NCBI GenBank assembly: GCA_938075155.1
Contig: CALJGL010000001.1
Coordinates: forward strand, 20,181-84,180
DNA: 64,000 nt
Direction of reading: 5' to 3'
From: an uncultured bacterium
GTDB taxonomy: Bacteria > Planctomycetota > UBA8108 > UBA1146
Positions 52,788 through 62,600 of the stretch are shown piece after piece (position 1 is the stretch's first letter; each line of letters opens with the position of its first letter). Both the position numbers and the translations under genes were made by a program. Under the pieces are notes generated by a model. That model ran no database searches. It was not told the origin of the DNA and was given only the letters and a program-made list of their open reading frames with translations.

Positions 52788-54697
52788 TGAGACTTTTCAG
52801 TTTTGCCAAGCATCAGGCGATCAAAAAGGCGACCCTCGATATCGTATGCTGAGATCTCCATTTGATCTCCATTGACATTGACCATCAAGAAGTGGTGCCC
52901 AACTCTCTTATTACAACTAAACCATGTTCTGTTGGGTGCAAAGCCCTCGAGGTGACCGCCCCCTCCACCGGTAGTAATGTAAACAACCCCTTCACCTGGG
53001 CCAACAGTCTTACGGTCTTGGATCGGCCACGTTCTCTCATACACATGAATATGGCCATTGAACACGACATCCACGTCGTACTTTTCATAGAGGGGGACGA
53101 GATGCTCCTGAACTGATAGAACTCCCTGATTCGAGCTCCCCTTCCAGGTATCGCCATAATCATTCTCGTCAGAGGTCCATGCCGGATGATGGTGATATAC
53201 AACCTTCCAGCGAGCCTTACTGTTTCGCAGTTTCTTCTTGAGCCACTTCACCTGTTCTGAGTTTGAATCAATCTTCTTATTCGTATCCAGAACAAAAAAT
53301 TCAACATTCCCCCACATGTAGCCATAGTAAAACTCAGGATCCGGCAAAGTGAAATAGTCATAGTAGAGTTGAGCATTTTGCTCGTGATTACCGAGCGTTG
53401 GAAAGATGGCCATTCGTGAAAGTATTCCAGAAGCTTCGGCGAAGAACTCGTGAACCCATTCACGTTTGTTAGATCCCGTTCCCACCAAATCTCCACAATG
53501 CATCAAAAAGTTAGGCCTATGCCCCCATGCCAATTCAGATACAGCACGAGTCACTTTAGGATTATTCTGCGTGTCCCCCACAACGAGAAAGCCGAAGGCT
53601 GTATCTTTTGAAGCCTGAGTTTGGAAAGTGAGAACACCTGTTTCCAATAGGTTTCCTACTTCACCTTCACCGCCTCTTGCCGTCACCTTATAAAAGTATG
53701 GAGTACCCTCTTTGAGACCCTTGATCTCAATATGGTGAAGTTTTCCAACTTCGTTACTTTCAATTTTTTCTCCAAAATTCGAATCAAGTCCAAATTCAAC
53801 GACGACGTCAACAGGTCGAGAAGCTTCAGTTGACACTGTAATACTATTTTTCGTCGCCCACTGCAGATAAGGAAACACTGAAAACTTCAGGGGCGGAACT
53901 GGAGGAGTACTTCGGGTGCTCTCAGGCCGTCTATCATAAAGTTCCTTGACCTGTTCTGGTGTGAGGGCTGTATGCCAAAGTCCAAAATCTTGCATCGCGC
54001 CCACGTGTGGATAAAACTCATTCGAATCTCGATATGCACCTAATACAAAAGGAGCTTTCTCAGAATAATTCACGGGACCACTCTGCTCTGTAGACATTGC
54101 AACCGAGCGACCATTCACAAAAAGGGACATCCTTTGACCATCATAGGTCGCCGCAAGATGTACCCACTTTCCAAGAGGTAGCTTTTGATCTGCAGAGAGA
54201 TAGGTGAGAACTCCATCGCCATCGTCGGCACCATGAGTGGATAATGCAAAGCATGCTCTCCCCTCTCTGGATCCGAGGAGCCAGCCTTTTTCGACACTCC
54301 CGTTATCCTGAAGAAAACCAAATACCCCGCCCCATTCCTGAATTTCTTGATGAGAAACCCATCCTGCAACGGACATACTCTCCTGAGGTAAGACTGACTG
54401 AAGATTTCGTTTTTCATTTCCCAACAAAATCATTCCGCTTCCGCCCTCAGACAGCAGCACAGATCCCGATTCAGATTTTACAATCCGGAGATCTCCACTC
54501 ACTGATCCTTCCAACTCTCCTCCTACTGAACTAAGAGTATGGTCTCCTATCATGAACGCAGGACGAAACTGCCATTGGACGACAGGAGTCTCCAAGTCAC
54601 TGCAAAACAATTCGTTCATACTCCGAGCCTCGCTCACGCCACTCATCAAGCATGAAAGAATTAGGACGAGACGCCAGAATGTCGGAATGACAGGCAT
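52784..54697 (-). CDS. Secreted LamG plus purple-acid-phosphatase-like metallophosphoesterase
   Basis: LamG WVHLAATYDG...LFVNG; FN3-like HHIEIKGLKEGTPYFY; metallophosphoesterase motifs GDTQ, GDLV, GNHE, GHIHVYER. Confidence 0.9.
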   Translation of the reverse strand: MPVIPTFWRLVLILSCLMSGVSEARSMNELFCSDLETPVVQWQFRPAFMIGDHTLSSVGGELEGSVSGDLRIVKSESGSVLLSEGGSGMILLGNEKRNLQSVLPQESMSVAGWVSHQEIQEWGGVFGFLQDNGSVEKGWLLGSREGRACFALSTHGADDGDGVLTYLSADQKLPLGKWVHLAATYDGQRMSLFVNGRSVAMSTEQSGPVNYSEKAPFVLGAYRDSNEFYPHVGAMQDFGLWHTALTPEQVKELYDRRPESTRSTPPVPPLKFSVFPYLQWATKNSITVSTEASRPVDVVVEFGLDSNFGEKIESNEVGKLHHIEIKGLKEGTPYFYKVTARGGEGEVGNLLETGVLTFQTQASKDTAFGFLVVGDTQNNPKVTRAVSELAWGHRPNFLMHCGDLVGTGSNKREWVHEFFAEASGILSRMAIFPTLGNHEQNAQLYYDYFTLPDPEFYYGYMWGNVEFFVLDTNKKIDSNSEQVKWLKKKLRNSKARWKVVYHHHPAWTSDENDYGDTWKGSSNQGVLSVQEHLVPLYEKYDVDVVFNGHIHVYERTWPIQDRKTVGPGEGVVYITTGGGGGHLEGFAPNRTWFSCNKRVGHHFLMVNVNGDQMEISAYDIEGRLFDRLMLGKTEKSQ

Positions 54698-54789
54698 GAA
54701 GGGTTCCTTCCAAAAAAGAAAAACCGAACTTGATTTCAGGAGTTATATTAAAGCCCGTGAACTCATGAAGTACAGAAGGAGTCGACTCA

Positions 54790-55800
54790 ATGAACATACC
54801 CTCCCTACTCGTACTGTTCTTATTCCTAGGAGCCCCTTCTTTCGACACCAAACCGCTTGAGACCTCAGACGACAGCAAGGTGACTTCAAATCAATTCCCC
54901 AATGGAATCGCCTGGTATGGCACTTGGGAAGCGGCCAAGTCTGAAGCGGAACGCACCGGGAAACCCATACTTCTCCTATCTGCTGCCCCCCAGTGCCATG
55001 GAGTCCCCGGAATTTGGTGACCAGGAAAACAAGAAATGGATCAGAGTCTCTGGTCCGATATTGAAGTCGTAAAATTGTCACGCAAATTTGTATGTGCAAG
55101 ACTTGCCACTTACGAAGACGCAAAAGAGGGGAAATTTCTTGAAAGCATCTTTCGTGGAAGATCCGGCCAGTTAGAAAATACTGTCTTCGTTCTTATGGCT
55201 CCGGACGGAAAAACAAAATTGAGTTCATCTGGAAGATCGCCCCGAATGGTTTTCGGAGGTTCTGAAGGTTGGGAATCTACGGTTCTCGCACTCGAAATGC
55301 TCGAGGTCTCTGAAAAGTATCCGGGGAAAGAAAAATCGAACGGCCGCCCCAATCTACCCATAAACAAAGACCTGAGGCGTGCCATTAATGTCGCCTCCTG
55401 TGATCGACAACTCTTGGTTATTGCTCATCAACTTCCTAAAGAAACTATAGAAATACTCTCGAAGATTGCTTGGGGAGATCAACATATTGGACAGTTCGCT
55501 TGGGAAATTACGAGCGATGAAAATGAGTTCCCTGGAGCGGGAATGGAAAATCCCAAGCCCGGTATTTTCATTGGGAACCCCGACGAATTTGGGTTGAAGT
55601 TGAATTGGTTAAAAACGCTCTCTCCTAATGCAAAGGAGGAAGCAATTCTCACTGCTCTCGCCGAAGTCTTAAAAACGAAACGAGCGTCAGAAAAATCAAC
55701 GAGGCAGCACGTATCCCGGGGAAAAAGACTCTCGAAAAGTTGGGAATCCGAGATCCCCAATACCGATCCACAGATCCCACCCCCGAATAGAAGAAATTAA
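54790..55800 (+). CDS. Exported thioredoxin-like protein, probable selenoprotein (in-frame UGA at 55018-55020)
   Basis: ORFs 54790-55020 and 55036-55800 are in frame and separated only by TGA. The fused sequence reads WYGTWEAAKSEAERTGKPILLL...CHGVPGIW-U-PGKQEMDQSLWSD...LSRKFVCARL. Confidence 0.7.
55038..55056 (+). promoter_or_regulatory. Candidate bacterial SECIS hairpin
   Basis: GGAUCAG-AGUCU-CUGGUCC stem-loop beginning 17 nt after the UGA, with G at loop position 2. Confidence 0.55.
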
Positions 55801-55838
55801 TCTATCTTCAACGCGTAAAAGGTGAAGTACAGAATGAC

Positions 55839-56366
55839 TTAATATGCGAAGTCATCGTCAAAAGGCGCCCTGTTTTCCAGAGCAGACTGCGTCCTCCACC
55901 GACAAATCTGTTCGACATGAGCAAGGTCATGAGAACACCATGCCAACAGTAGATCTCCAGCCCGAATGGGACCGCCGGAGATATCCTTTCCTTGATGCCA
56001 ATCGGGATCCTCAATTGAAACCAACCAAGCCAGCGATCTCTGTCTCTCATCTTGGAATATCCTGAGCAGTTCTCCGAGAGTTCTCTCGGAATACTTTCGC
56101 TCCCCTACCCATTTCTCAGGGTCCATCGAAGGCCACTCTTCAGCAGGGTCACGAAGTAACAGATCTAATCTAATCCGAAATATTTCTCGATCGGCGTCGA
56201 TAAGATGTCCCAAGATTTCCCGCAATGACCAACTCGATTCAGAGGAACTCCAAGCAGACTGCCGCTCTGTCACCTCTTCACTCAGAGATAATATCGCACC
56301 GAGAGAAGCGGATAGACGTTTTATCGTTTCATTTCTGAAATCCACTTCTTCAAAGGAATCCGTCAT
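55839..56366 (-). CDS. DinB family protein
   Basis: WSLREILGHLID and WCSHDLAHVEQI histidine motifs. Confidence 0.88.
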   Translation of the reverse strand: MTDSFEEVDFRNETIKRLSASLGAILSLSEEVTERQSAWSSSESSWSLREILGHLIDADREIFRIRLDLLLRDPAEEWPSMDPEKWVGERKYSERTLGELLRIFQDERQRSLAWLVSIEDPDWHQGKDISGGPIRAGDLLLAWCSHDLAHVEQICRWRTQSALENRAPFDDDFAY

Positions 56367-56923
56367 GGTCGCTTCTCCATTGAATCAGTTTTCCGTTTCA
56401 GCAACTCAAGCCCCTTCACGGCTGAATCAGCCGTGAGGACCAAATCACGATGCCCTTCAGATAACATTTTTTCAGACATCATATGATCAAACATCTTCAA
56501 TAAGGGATCCCAATATCCTTCGATATTCGCGAGGACTAATGGTTTTTCAATCAGTGATAACTGATTCAAAACCAAAAACTCGATCACTTCTTCCAAAGTT
56601 CCAAAGCCACCAGGAAGAGCGATTGCACAGTCACTCTTCTCCCACATCAATTTCCTTCGTTGCTGCATGTCTTCAGTCAATATAATCTCGTCTGATTCCA
56701 AAAATGTGAGTTCCTGATCGTGAAAAAACTTCGGGATGACTGAAGTGATCTTCACTCCGGATCGATGCGCTGCACTTGCAAGCTTCCCCATGGAACCGAT
56801 GTTACCGCCGCCATATATCAGTTCATGACCACCCACAGCAAGCCGAGTACCTAAATCTTCTGCGTCCTGGAAATATTCGGGACGAATCATCTCACTGGCA
56901 GAGCAATAGACTGCGACTTTCAT
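56363..56923 (-). CDS. LOG family nucleotide 5'-monophosphate nucleosidase
   Basis: LIYGGG...GSMG and ALPGGFGTLEE. Confidence 0.92.
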   Translation of the reverse strand: MKVAVYCSASEMIRPEYFQDAEDLGTRLAVGGHELIYGGGNIGSMGKLASAAHRSGVKITSVIPKFFHDQELTFLESDEIILTEDMQQRRKLMWEKSDCAIALPGGFGTLEEVIEFLVLNQLSLIEKPLVLANIEGYWDPLLKMFDHMMSEKMLSEGHRDLVLTADSAVKGLELLKRKTDSMEKRP

Positions 56924-57019
56924 CGTCTCCCCTTATCTATCATTTCTGAAGGTACTACGCACGGAATCAACACCGACAAGATCGACGATACTGCGACCAA
57001 TCGTTGAGCTAGATTAAAC

Positions 57020-58918
57020 TCATTCACTGCCCGGTCCAAAGTAGACTTCTCCTCCGACAACCGGCAATACCAACGAAGTTCGATCCAAATCAATGCTCAA
57101 TACGGTTCCTTCTTCCGGCCAAAGCGTGAACTCCCGGTCACTGGAAAAAATCATCAAACCCAACTGTTGTCCTGCTGGAATAATTTGATCATCGGGCTGC
57201 AGATCAAAATTCAGTTCATAAAACTGATCTTCAACCAAAGGTTCGCTCTCCGTTAATGAGGAATGATTTTGTGGGTCAGCCCAACCCCTCGTAATGATGT
57301 TTTCCGTCATCTTTCTGGCAGATTTCGCCCAGGGCAATGAAACCAACCAAACCGACAAATTTGCGGCAGGCCGACTACTCGCGACTCTAATTTGTACTCG
57401 AGGAATCCCCGAGATATGCATAGGCTTTTCTAAAGTAGGCGTCGTAAACAGTAATCGATTTGGCGAATCATCATTCGTTGCCAGTTCTTTGCCTGTGAAC
57501 TTCACATCATCGACCAAGGATCGAATGCCCTGTTCTCCACGATGCGATAAGACCAGAGTCCCTACCCCATCCTGCTCAGGCCGGGGATGAAGCACGACCG
57601 ACCTTGATTCCGGATTGGGGAAGTCGGGGTATGCCGTTGGTTTTCTACGATCATCACCCTCCCGAACGATCCACGCCTTTGGCCCCTCACCCACACCATT
57701 CTCGACCCCATACAGATAATGTGAGAACCAACGATTCATCATTTCAAATGGAGGAGGGCCCCCATGCCCATTCTGATGATAAAAGATCTCGGTATGATTT
57801 CCTTTTGCCCTGATCGCATCATAAATTCTCCAACTGTGTTCTGGCATCACGTTCCAGTCATTAAAACCGTGAGCCATTAACATGGCGGCCTTCATTGGCC
57901 CCAGTTGGTTCAAGTAATCCCGCCCTGCCCAGAAGTCGTTGTAATCTCCTGTCACACGATCAAACCCCTGTAACATTTCTTCATCTCTAATATTACAGTC
58001 GCAGTATTCTCGATTATCAGGATCACCACTATTAATCCAATCGTAGAGAACGTCGATATCCTCACCTATGTACCCACCCGGATGCCTCACCAAGCCATGT
58101 GATCGGTAGTAGTGATAGTAGGAAGTGTTCGGTGCAATCGGAATAATAACTTCCAACCCTTCTACACCTGTCGTAGCTGCGGCTAGTGGAATCGTTCCAT
58201 CGTAAGAAGTTCCGGTCATTCCCACCTTCCCATTACACCAATCTGCAAAAACTTGATCGTTACCATCCGGAGTCAAGAAACCTCTCGCACGACCATTCAG
58301 CCAATCAATCACTGCTTTTGGAGCTAAAGACTCGTTCATACCGCCCACTGTGGGACAACCCTGAGACAATCCAGTACCCGGCGATGCGGAGTGAACAACT
58401 GCAAATCCCCGCGGCACCCAACTTCGAATTAATCTCCGCGACATCACCGGACGTTTACTTTGTTGACGAATAGGAGGAGGAGTTTCATGCATGGGCGGCA
58501 CAGCCCCAACTTCATGACTAGGGTTCCATGAATATTTCTTGAGCGAAGATCCCGTACCTGAAAAATATGGGCTCGACTCATAGATTACTGGAACCCGAAG
58601 ACCTTCAGATTCAGTCTGTTCTTGGCGAGTCACATCCACATGCATTCGATCTAGTTTTCCATCACCATCCGAATCAAAAGACGTTTCAACCCACAGATCA
58701 TGTTGTATCCAACTACCGGGAGACAAAAAGGCATCTACAATCTGAGCCTGCCCATCTTCAAAGATAGCTTTTTTCTTAATCTCACGAGATTCCGCTAGCG
58801 ATATTTCTGGCGAGGTATCTCCTGCATGTCGACTCTCTGTCTTCCCCAGAAAAAGCATGACGCATACCAGCAATAGAACTGGCAACCCTCCAAGGCCTCG
58901 AATCAGATCTGAGCCCAT
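57020..58918 (-). CDS. Secreted Xaa-Pro dipeptidyl-peptidase (S15, CocE/NonD fold)
   Basis: GMTGTSYDG nucleophile motif, AHGFNDWNV, HQNGHGG and a PepX-type C-terminal domain; start at ATG 58918 behind GGAG. Confidence 0.88.
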   Translation of the reverse strand: MGSDLIRGLGGLPVLLLVCVMLFLGKTESRHAGDTSPEISLAESREIKKKAIFEDGQAQIVDAFLSPGSWIQHDLWVETSFDSDGDGKLDRMHVDVTRQEQTESEGLRVPVIYESSPYFSGTGSSLKKYSWNPSHEVGAVPPMHETPPPIRQQSKRPVMSRRLIRSWVPRGFAVVHSASPGTGLSQGCPTVGGMNESLAPKAVIDWLNGRARGFLTPDGNDQVFADWCNGKVGMTGTSYDGTIPLAAATTGVEGLEVIIPIAPNTSYYHYYRSHGLVRHPGGYIGEDIDVLYDWINSGDPDNREYCDCNIRDEEMLQGFDRVTGDYNDFWAGRDYLNQLGPMKAAMLMAHGFNDWNVMPEHSWRIYDAIRAKGNHTEIFYHQNGHGGPPPFEMMNRWFSHYLYGVENGVGEGPKAWIVREGDDRRKPTAYPDFPNPESRSVVLHPRPEQDGVGTLVLSHRGEQGIRSLVDDVKFTGKELATNDDSPNRLLFTTPTLEKPMHISGIPRVQIRVASSRPAANLSVWLVSLPWAKSARKMTENIITRGWADPQNHSSLTESEPLVEDQFYELNFDLQPDDQIIPAGQQLGLMIFSSDREFTLWPEEGTVLSIDLDRTSLVLPVVGGEVYFGPGSE

Positions 58919-59217
58919 TTCCTCTGCTCCTTTATCAATAGAACGACAATATCCCTGCGATACCACTCTTGACACGTCGTCGTTGAATCCCAAAAAAACA
59001 ATCTCGCTATACGAAGTCGGTGATACGTCACGAGGGGCTTTGTGGTGAATTCAATCCAAAGATCGAGATTCCCCCCATGTCACCCCCGGAAGATAAGGGG
59101 TAGCCAACGCAAACTGAACCCTTTTAAAGCCGTCTCAATGAAGTAAAACAAAATCATGCTTCATTACGCTGAATTCAACTTCGGCATTTCAATAGGCTGA
59201 GAAAGGCGGATCCCACG

Positions 59218-59577
59218 ATGAGCGTGGTTAATATCCAAGAAAAATTTGACCTCTTCACAGACCAATGGTCGCCAAAAAGAATTGGCGTCCTAAACGGTCA
59301 ACAAATCATTCTCGCAAAGATTCAGGGAGAATTCGTGTTCCACAAACACGATGATGAAGATGAGCTCTTTATGGTGATGAAGGGCCAACTCACACTTGAA
59401 TTCCGAGATGGCTCAGTCGTCGTAAATCCAGGCGAGTTTTATACAGTGCCTAAAGGAGTGGAACACAAACCTGTGGCACACGAAGAAACTCACCTTCTGC
59501 TTTTTGAACCCCTCAGCACTAAACACACTGGAGATGTAAAAGCAGATATCACTGTAGATAGTTACGAAGAGATCTAG
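59218..59577 (+). CDS. Cupin domain protein
   Basis: GEFVFHKHDDEDELF and VPKGVEHKP. Confidence 0.92.
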   Translation: MSVVNIQEKFDLFTDQWSPKRIGVLNGQQIILAKIQGEFVFHKHDDEDELFMVMKGQLTLEFRDGSVVVNPGEFYTVPKGVEHKPVAHEETHLLLFEPLSTKHTGDVKADITVDSYEEI

Positions 59578-59606
59578 ACTTTCAGCTATTGCTCACTCAC
59601 TGTTCC

Positions 59607-59647
59607 AAAAAAAAAGGGAGTGACGCCAACGCGCCACTCCCTTTTTT
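59607..59647. terminator. Bidirectional intrinsic terminator
   Basis: A9-GGGAGTG...CACTCCC-T6 between convergent genes. Confidence 0.85.
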
Positions 59648-59663
59648 CGCCAAATGCGAACTA

Positions 59664-62600
59664 TTAGGGGCAAGAGTTATACTCTGCACACTCCAGATTA
59701 GTACCACTGGGATCAGAACCACAGACTCCATTGGAAGGAACTGGGATATCGGGCCCATTGGTAAACAGATAGCTCAACAAGTAAACGGCATCCGCAATGT
59801 TACTCAGCTCATCGTCATTGGTATCGGTTGCGTCATCACAGGACACGACCCCACCTAAGAAAAGTGCGTTGAGTAGCGAGACGGCATCTGCCAAGTTTAT
59901 CAAAGCATCGTCATTGATGTCCGCACGAATAAACCCACCTACACTCGGATTCAATGTGATGGTTCCATTCACTCCTGATACACCAGCAGACTGTGAACTC
60001 ACAACTACAACGAGTTCAACAGGCGGAACACCAAGAGTATCGGAGAATTCGACCTGAGTACTCAATGGTGCGGTATTACCTGCTAAACCAGCAGGAACTG
60101 TATCGTATTCGACAGACAACAGGTCTGTTGCAGTAGCAAACGAAATCACGTCCGCACCTACGAATGTATAAACACAGCCCACTGTGAGGCCATCCGCAAA
60201 ACTATTCACATCAAAGAAGTCAGGTCCCGTGTTTCCATTCAAGGCCGTCAGTACCGGAGCGGCGATCGCACCTGTCGCGGACAAGATTGCAGGATCATGG
60301 ACAATACCTAATGAAAATGCTTGAGTCTCATTGGGATAACCTAGGTTCCCTGGATCTTCCTCAACCGAAACGGAAACTTCAAAGGAGCTGCTACCCGTCG
60401 CTTCTGGGTAATCCACTGCTTGGTCAGCAGCCGTCATGATAAAGCCTGAAGGATCAAGACTGATGGTTCCTGAGTTTCCACCGGCAATAACAGCCGTACC
60501 TGACGAAGTCGACACAATCAACTCTACTGGAGGAGAGCCCAAAGATTCGGAAAAGCTAAGCGTAGAGGAAACGGTGCCCGTGGCACTCGCCAGTGATCCT
60601 GGAAGTGAGGTGTAACTCACAGAAATGATTTCTGTATCCGACACCATTTGCAATGTTTCGACGAGAGTGAAGTCGTACACCGATCCGACCGTGAGTCCGT
60701 CGGAGTAGATGGTGGTATCAAAGAAAGCAGGACCCGCTCCACCGTCCATGGCAGCAAGATCTCCGAGAGCCTGTGCAGAAACTGCTTCAAACAATGCCCC
60801 ATCATGAGCTAATCCGAAGGAGAACCCGGCTGTGTCTGTTGGGAATCCCGGATTGTTCACTTCTTCCTGGAGAGAGACAACACTTTCAAAGCTTGCTCCA
60901 CCGGCACTGTAGGAACCGTTGACATTCCCGGCCGTGAACATGAATCCAATCTGCTGAATCACGTCAATACTGCAAGTACTCGTGGGTGCCGCTTGGGATC
61001 CTGCACAAAATGGCTGAAGGGTGTAAACACGACTGCCGACTTGAGCGGAGGAATCCGTGTAACTCGTCGCTGTTCCCGGCAGGGTATCTACCAGTCCGCC
61101 ATCCCGAAGCACTCCAATAGAGTCATAGTCTTCTCCATTGTTCCATGAAAGAAGAATTGAGTTCCCACTGACCTGACTACAAGAAAAAGCATTCGCCGAT
61201 ACACAGATACAATCCGGATCAGAAATACAATCGGGATCTTCGCAATCGGTCAGCCCATCCAAATCATCATCTGTTCCGTTGTTGCAGTTCTCAGGAGGAG
61301 GCGGAGGAGCCTGGGTGCTGATTTCGAGAGTACCGGATCCAATCGCCGTATTATTCCACCCGCCCAAGCGGATCAATACTGTGGATCCAGCACTGAGATT
61401 GGTGGTCACGGAACTGGTCAAGCCACCGCATCCTGCACCATCACCATTACAGGCGATGGGAGTGAGAGCTCCACAAGTTCCAGAATAAACCAAGATATCG
61501 GAATCAAAGGTGACCGTATCACACGTTGAGATGACGTACTCTCCGGAGGAAGGCACAGTGAACTCGAACCAAACATCGTTGATAAAATCACCGAGGAATG
61601 TTCCTCCACAGGTCGAGTCATCTATCGCGTCCGCTCCGGTCGTCGCGGCTGTGTTATCCACTGCATTCGATCCCAGAATAGCGACTTGAGCAGTAGAACA
61701 TTCGTCACCCGGAATAGCAGGGACACATGCTGGGTCGCTAGAACAATCGAGGTCCTCGCAATCAGCAAGACCGTCTCCATCGTCATCGACACCATTGCTG
61801 CAATTCTCCACAGGTCCACCGGATGTCAAATCAAGGATCAGTGCGCCTGGCCCCGGTAATCCATTTCCGGGATGAGGTGTTCCCCATGCCCCGATACGGA
61901 ACCAATATGTTTCGCCGGCAGTCACATCCAGAGTCAACTCTGACCAATATTGCTGACATGTTGGAGAAGTGTTTTGATTCACGTCTCCATTACAACCCAG
62001 ATTAATCAAAGAACCACAGGACCCTGTGTAGGCCACAAGATCCGTGTCAAAACTTCCGGGCGAACAAGTCGAGACAAACAGGGAACCCGATTGATCAGGA
62101 ACATAGGAGTACCAGATATCACCCAGCATATCTCCGAGTCCTTGACCACAGGTCGCGGCATCCGGAATAGGATCTGTTCCTGTTGTTGCAGCAGTGCTAT
62201 CAAAAGGATTGGTCCCCAAGATCGCCACTTCAGCCGAGACACATTCATCTCCAGTCGCGGGTGGAACACAAGCGGGGTTGGTGCTGCAATCAATGTCTTC
62301 ACAGTCCGCTAACCCGTCCCCGTCATCGTCCACACCATTGGTGCAATTTTCGACACCGCCACCGCCACTAGGAACAAACAACACTTCCATGTCACCAGAA
62401 CCGGTGACTCCCTCACTCCATGAAGAGACTCGAATCAGATAAGTGGTTCCACCCGTGACAGGAATATTCTCAATACGTGAGGTGAAAGTAGAACAGCCTC
62501 CTGTGTCACCGTTACAAGCAAGTAGATTGAGTGCTCCACAATTACCAGTGAACACTTGAAGGTCAGTGTCCCAGCTCGCAATACCACAAGTACTCACCGA

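Noticed and set aside
55018..55020. Genome-wide UGA reassignment to Trp or Gly
   Set aside because: TGA is an ordinary stop in many genes here (e.g. rpsG, rplK, tatD), so only site-specific recoding is plausible.
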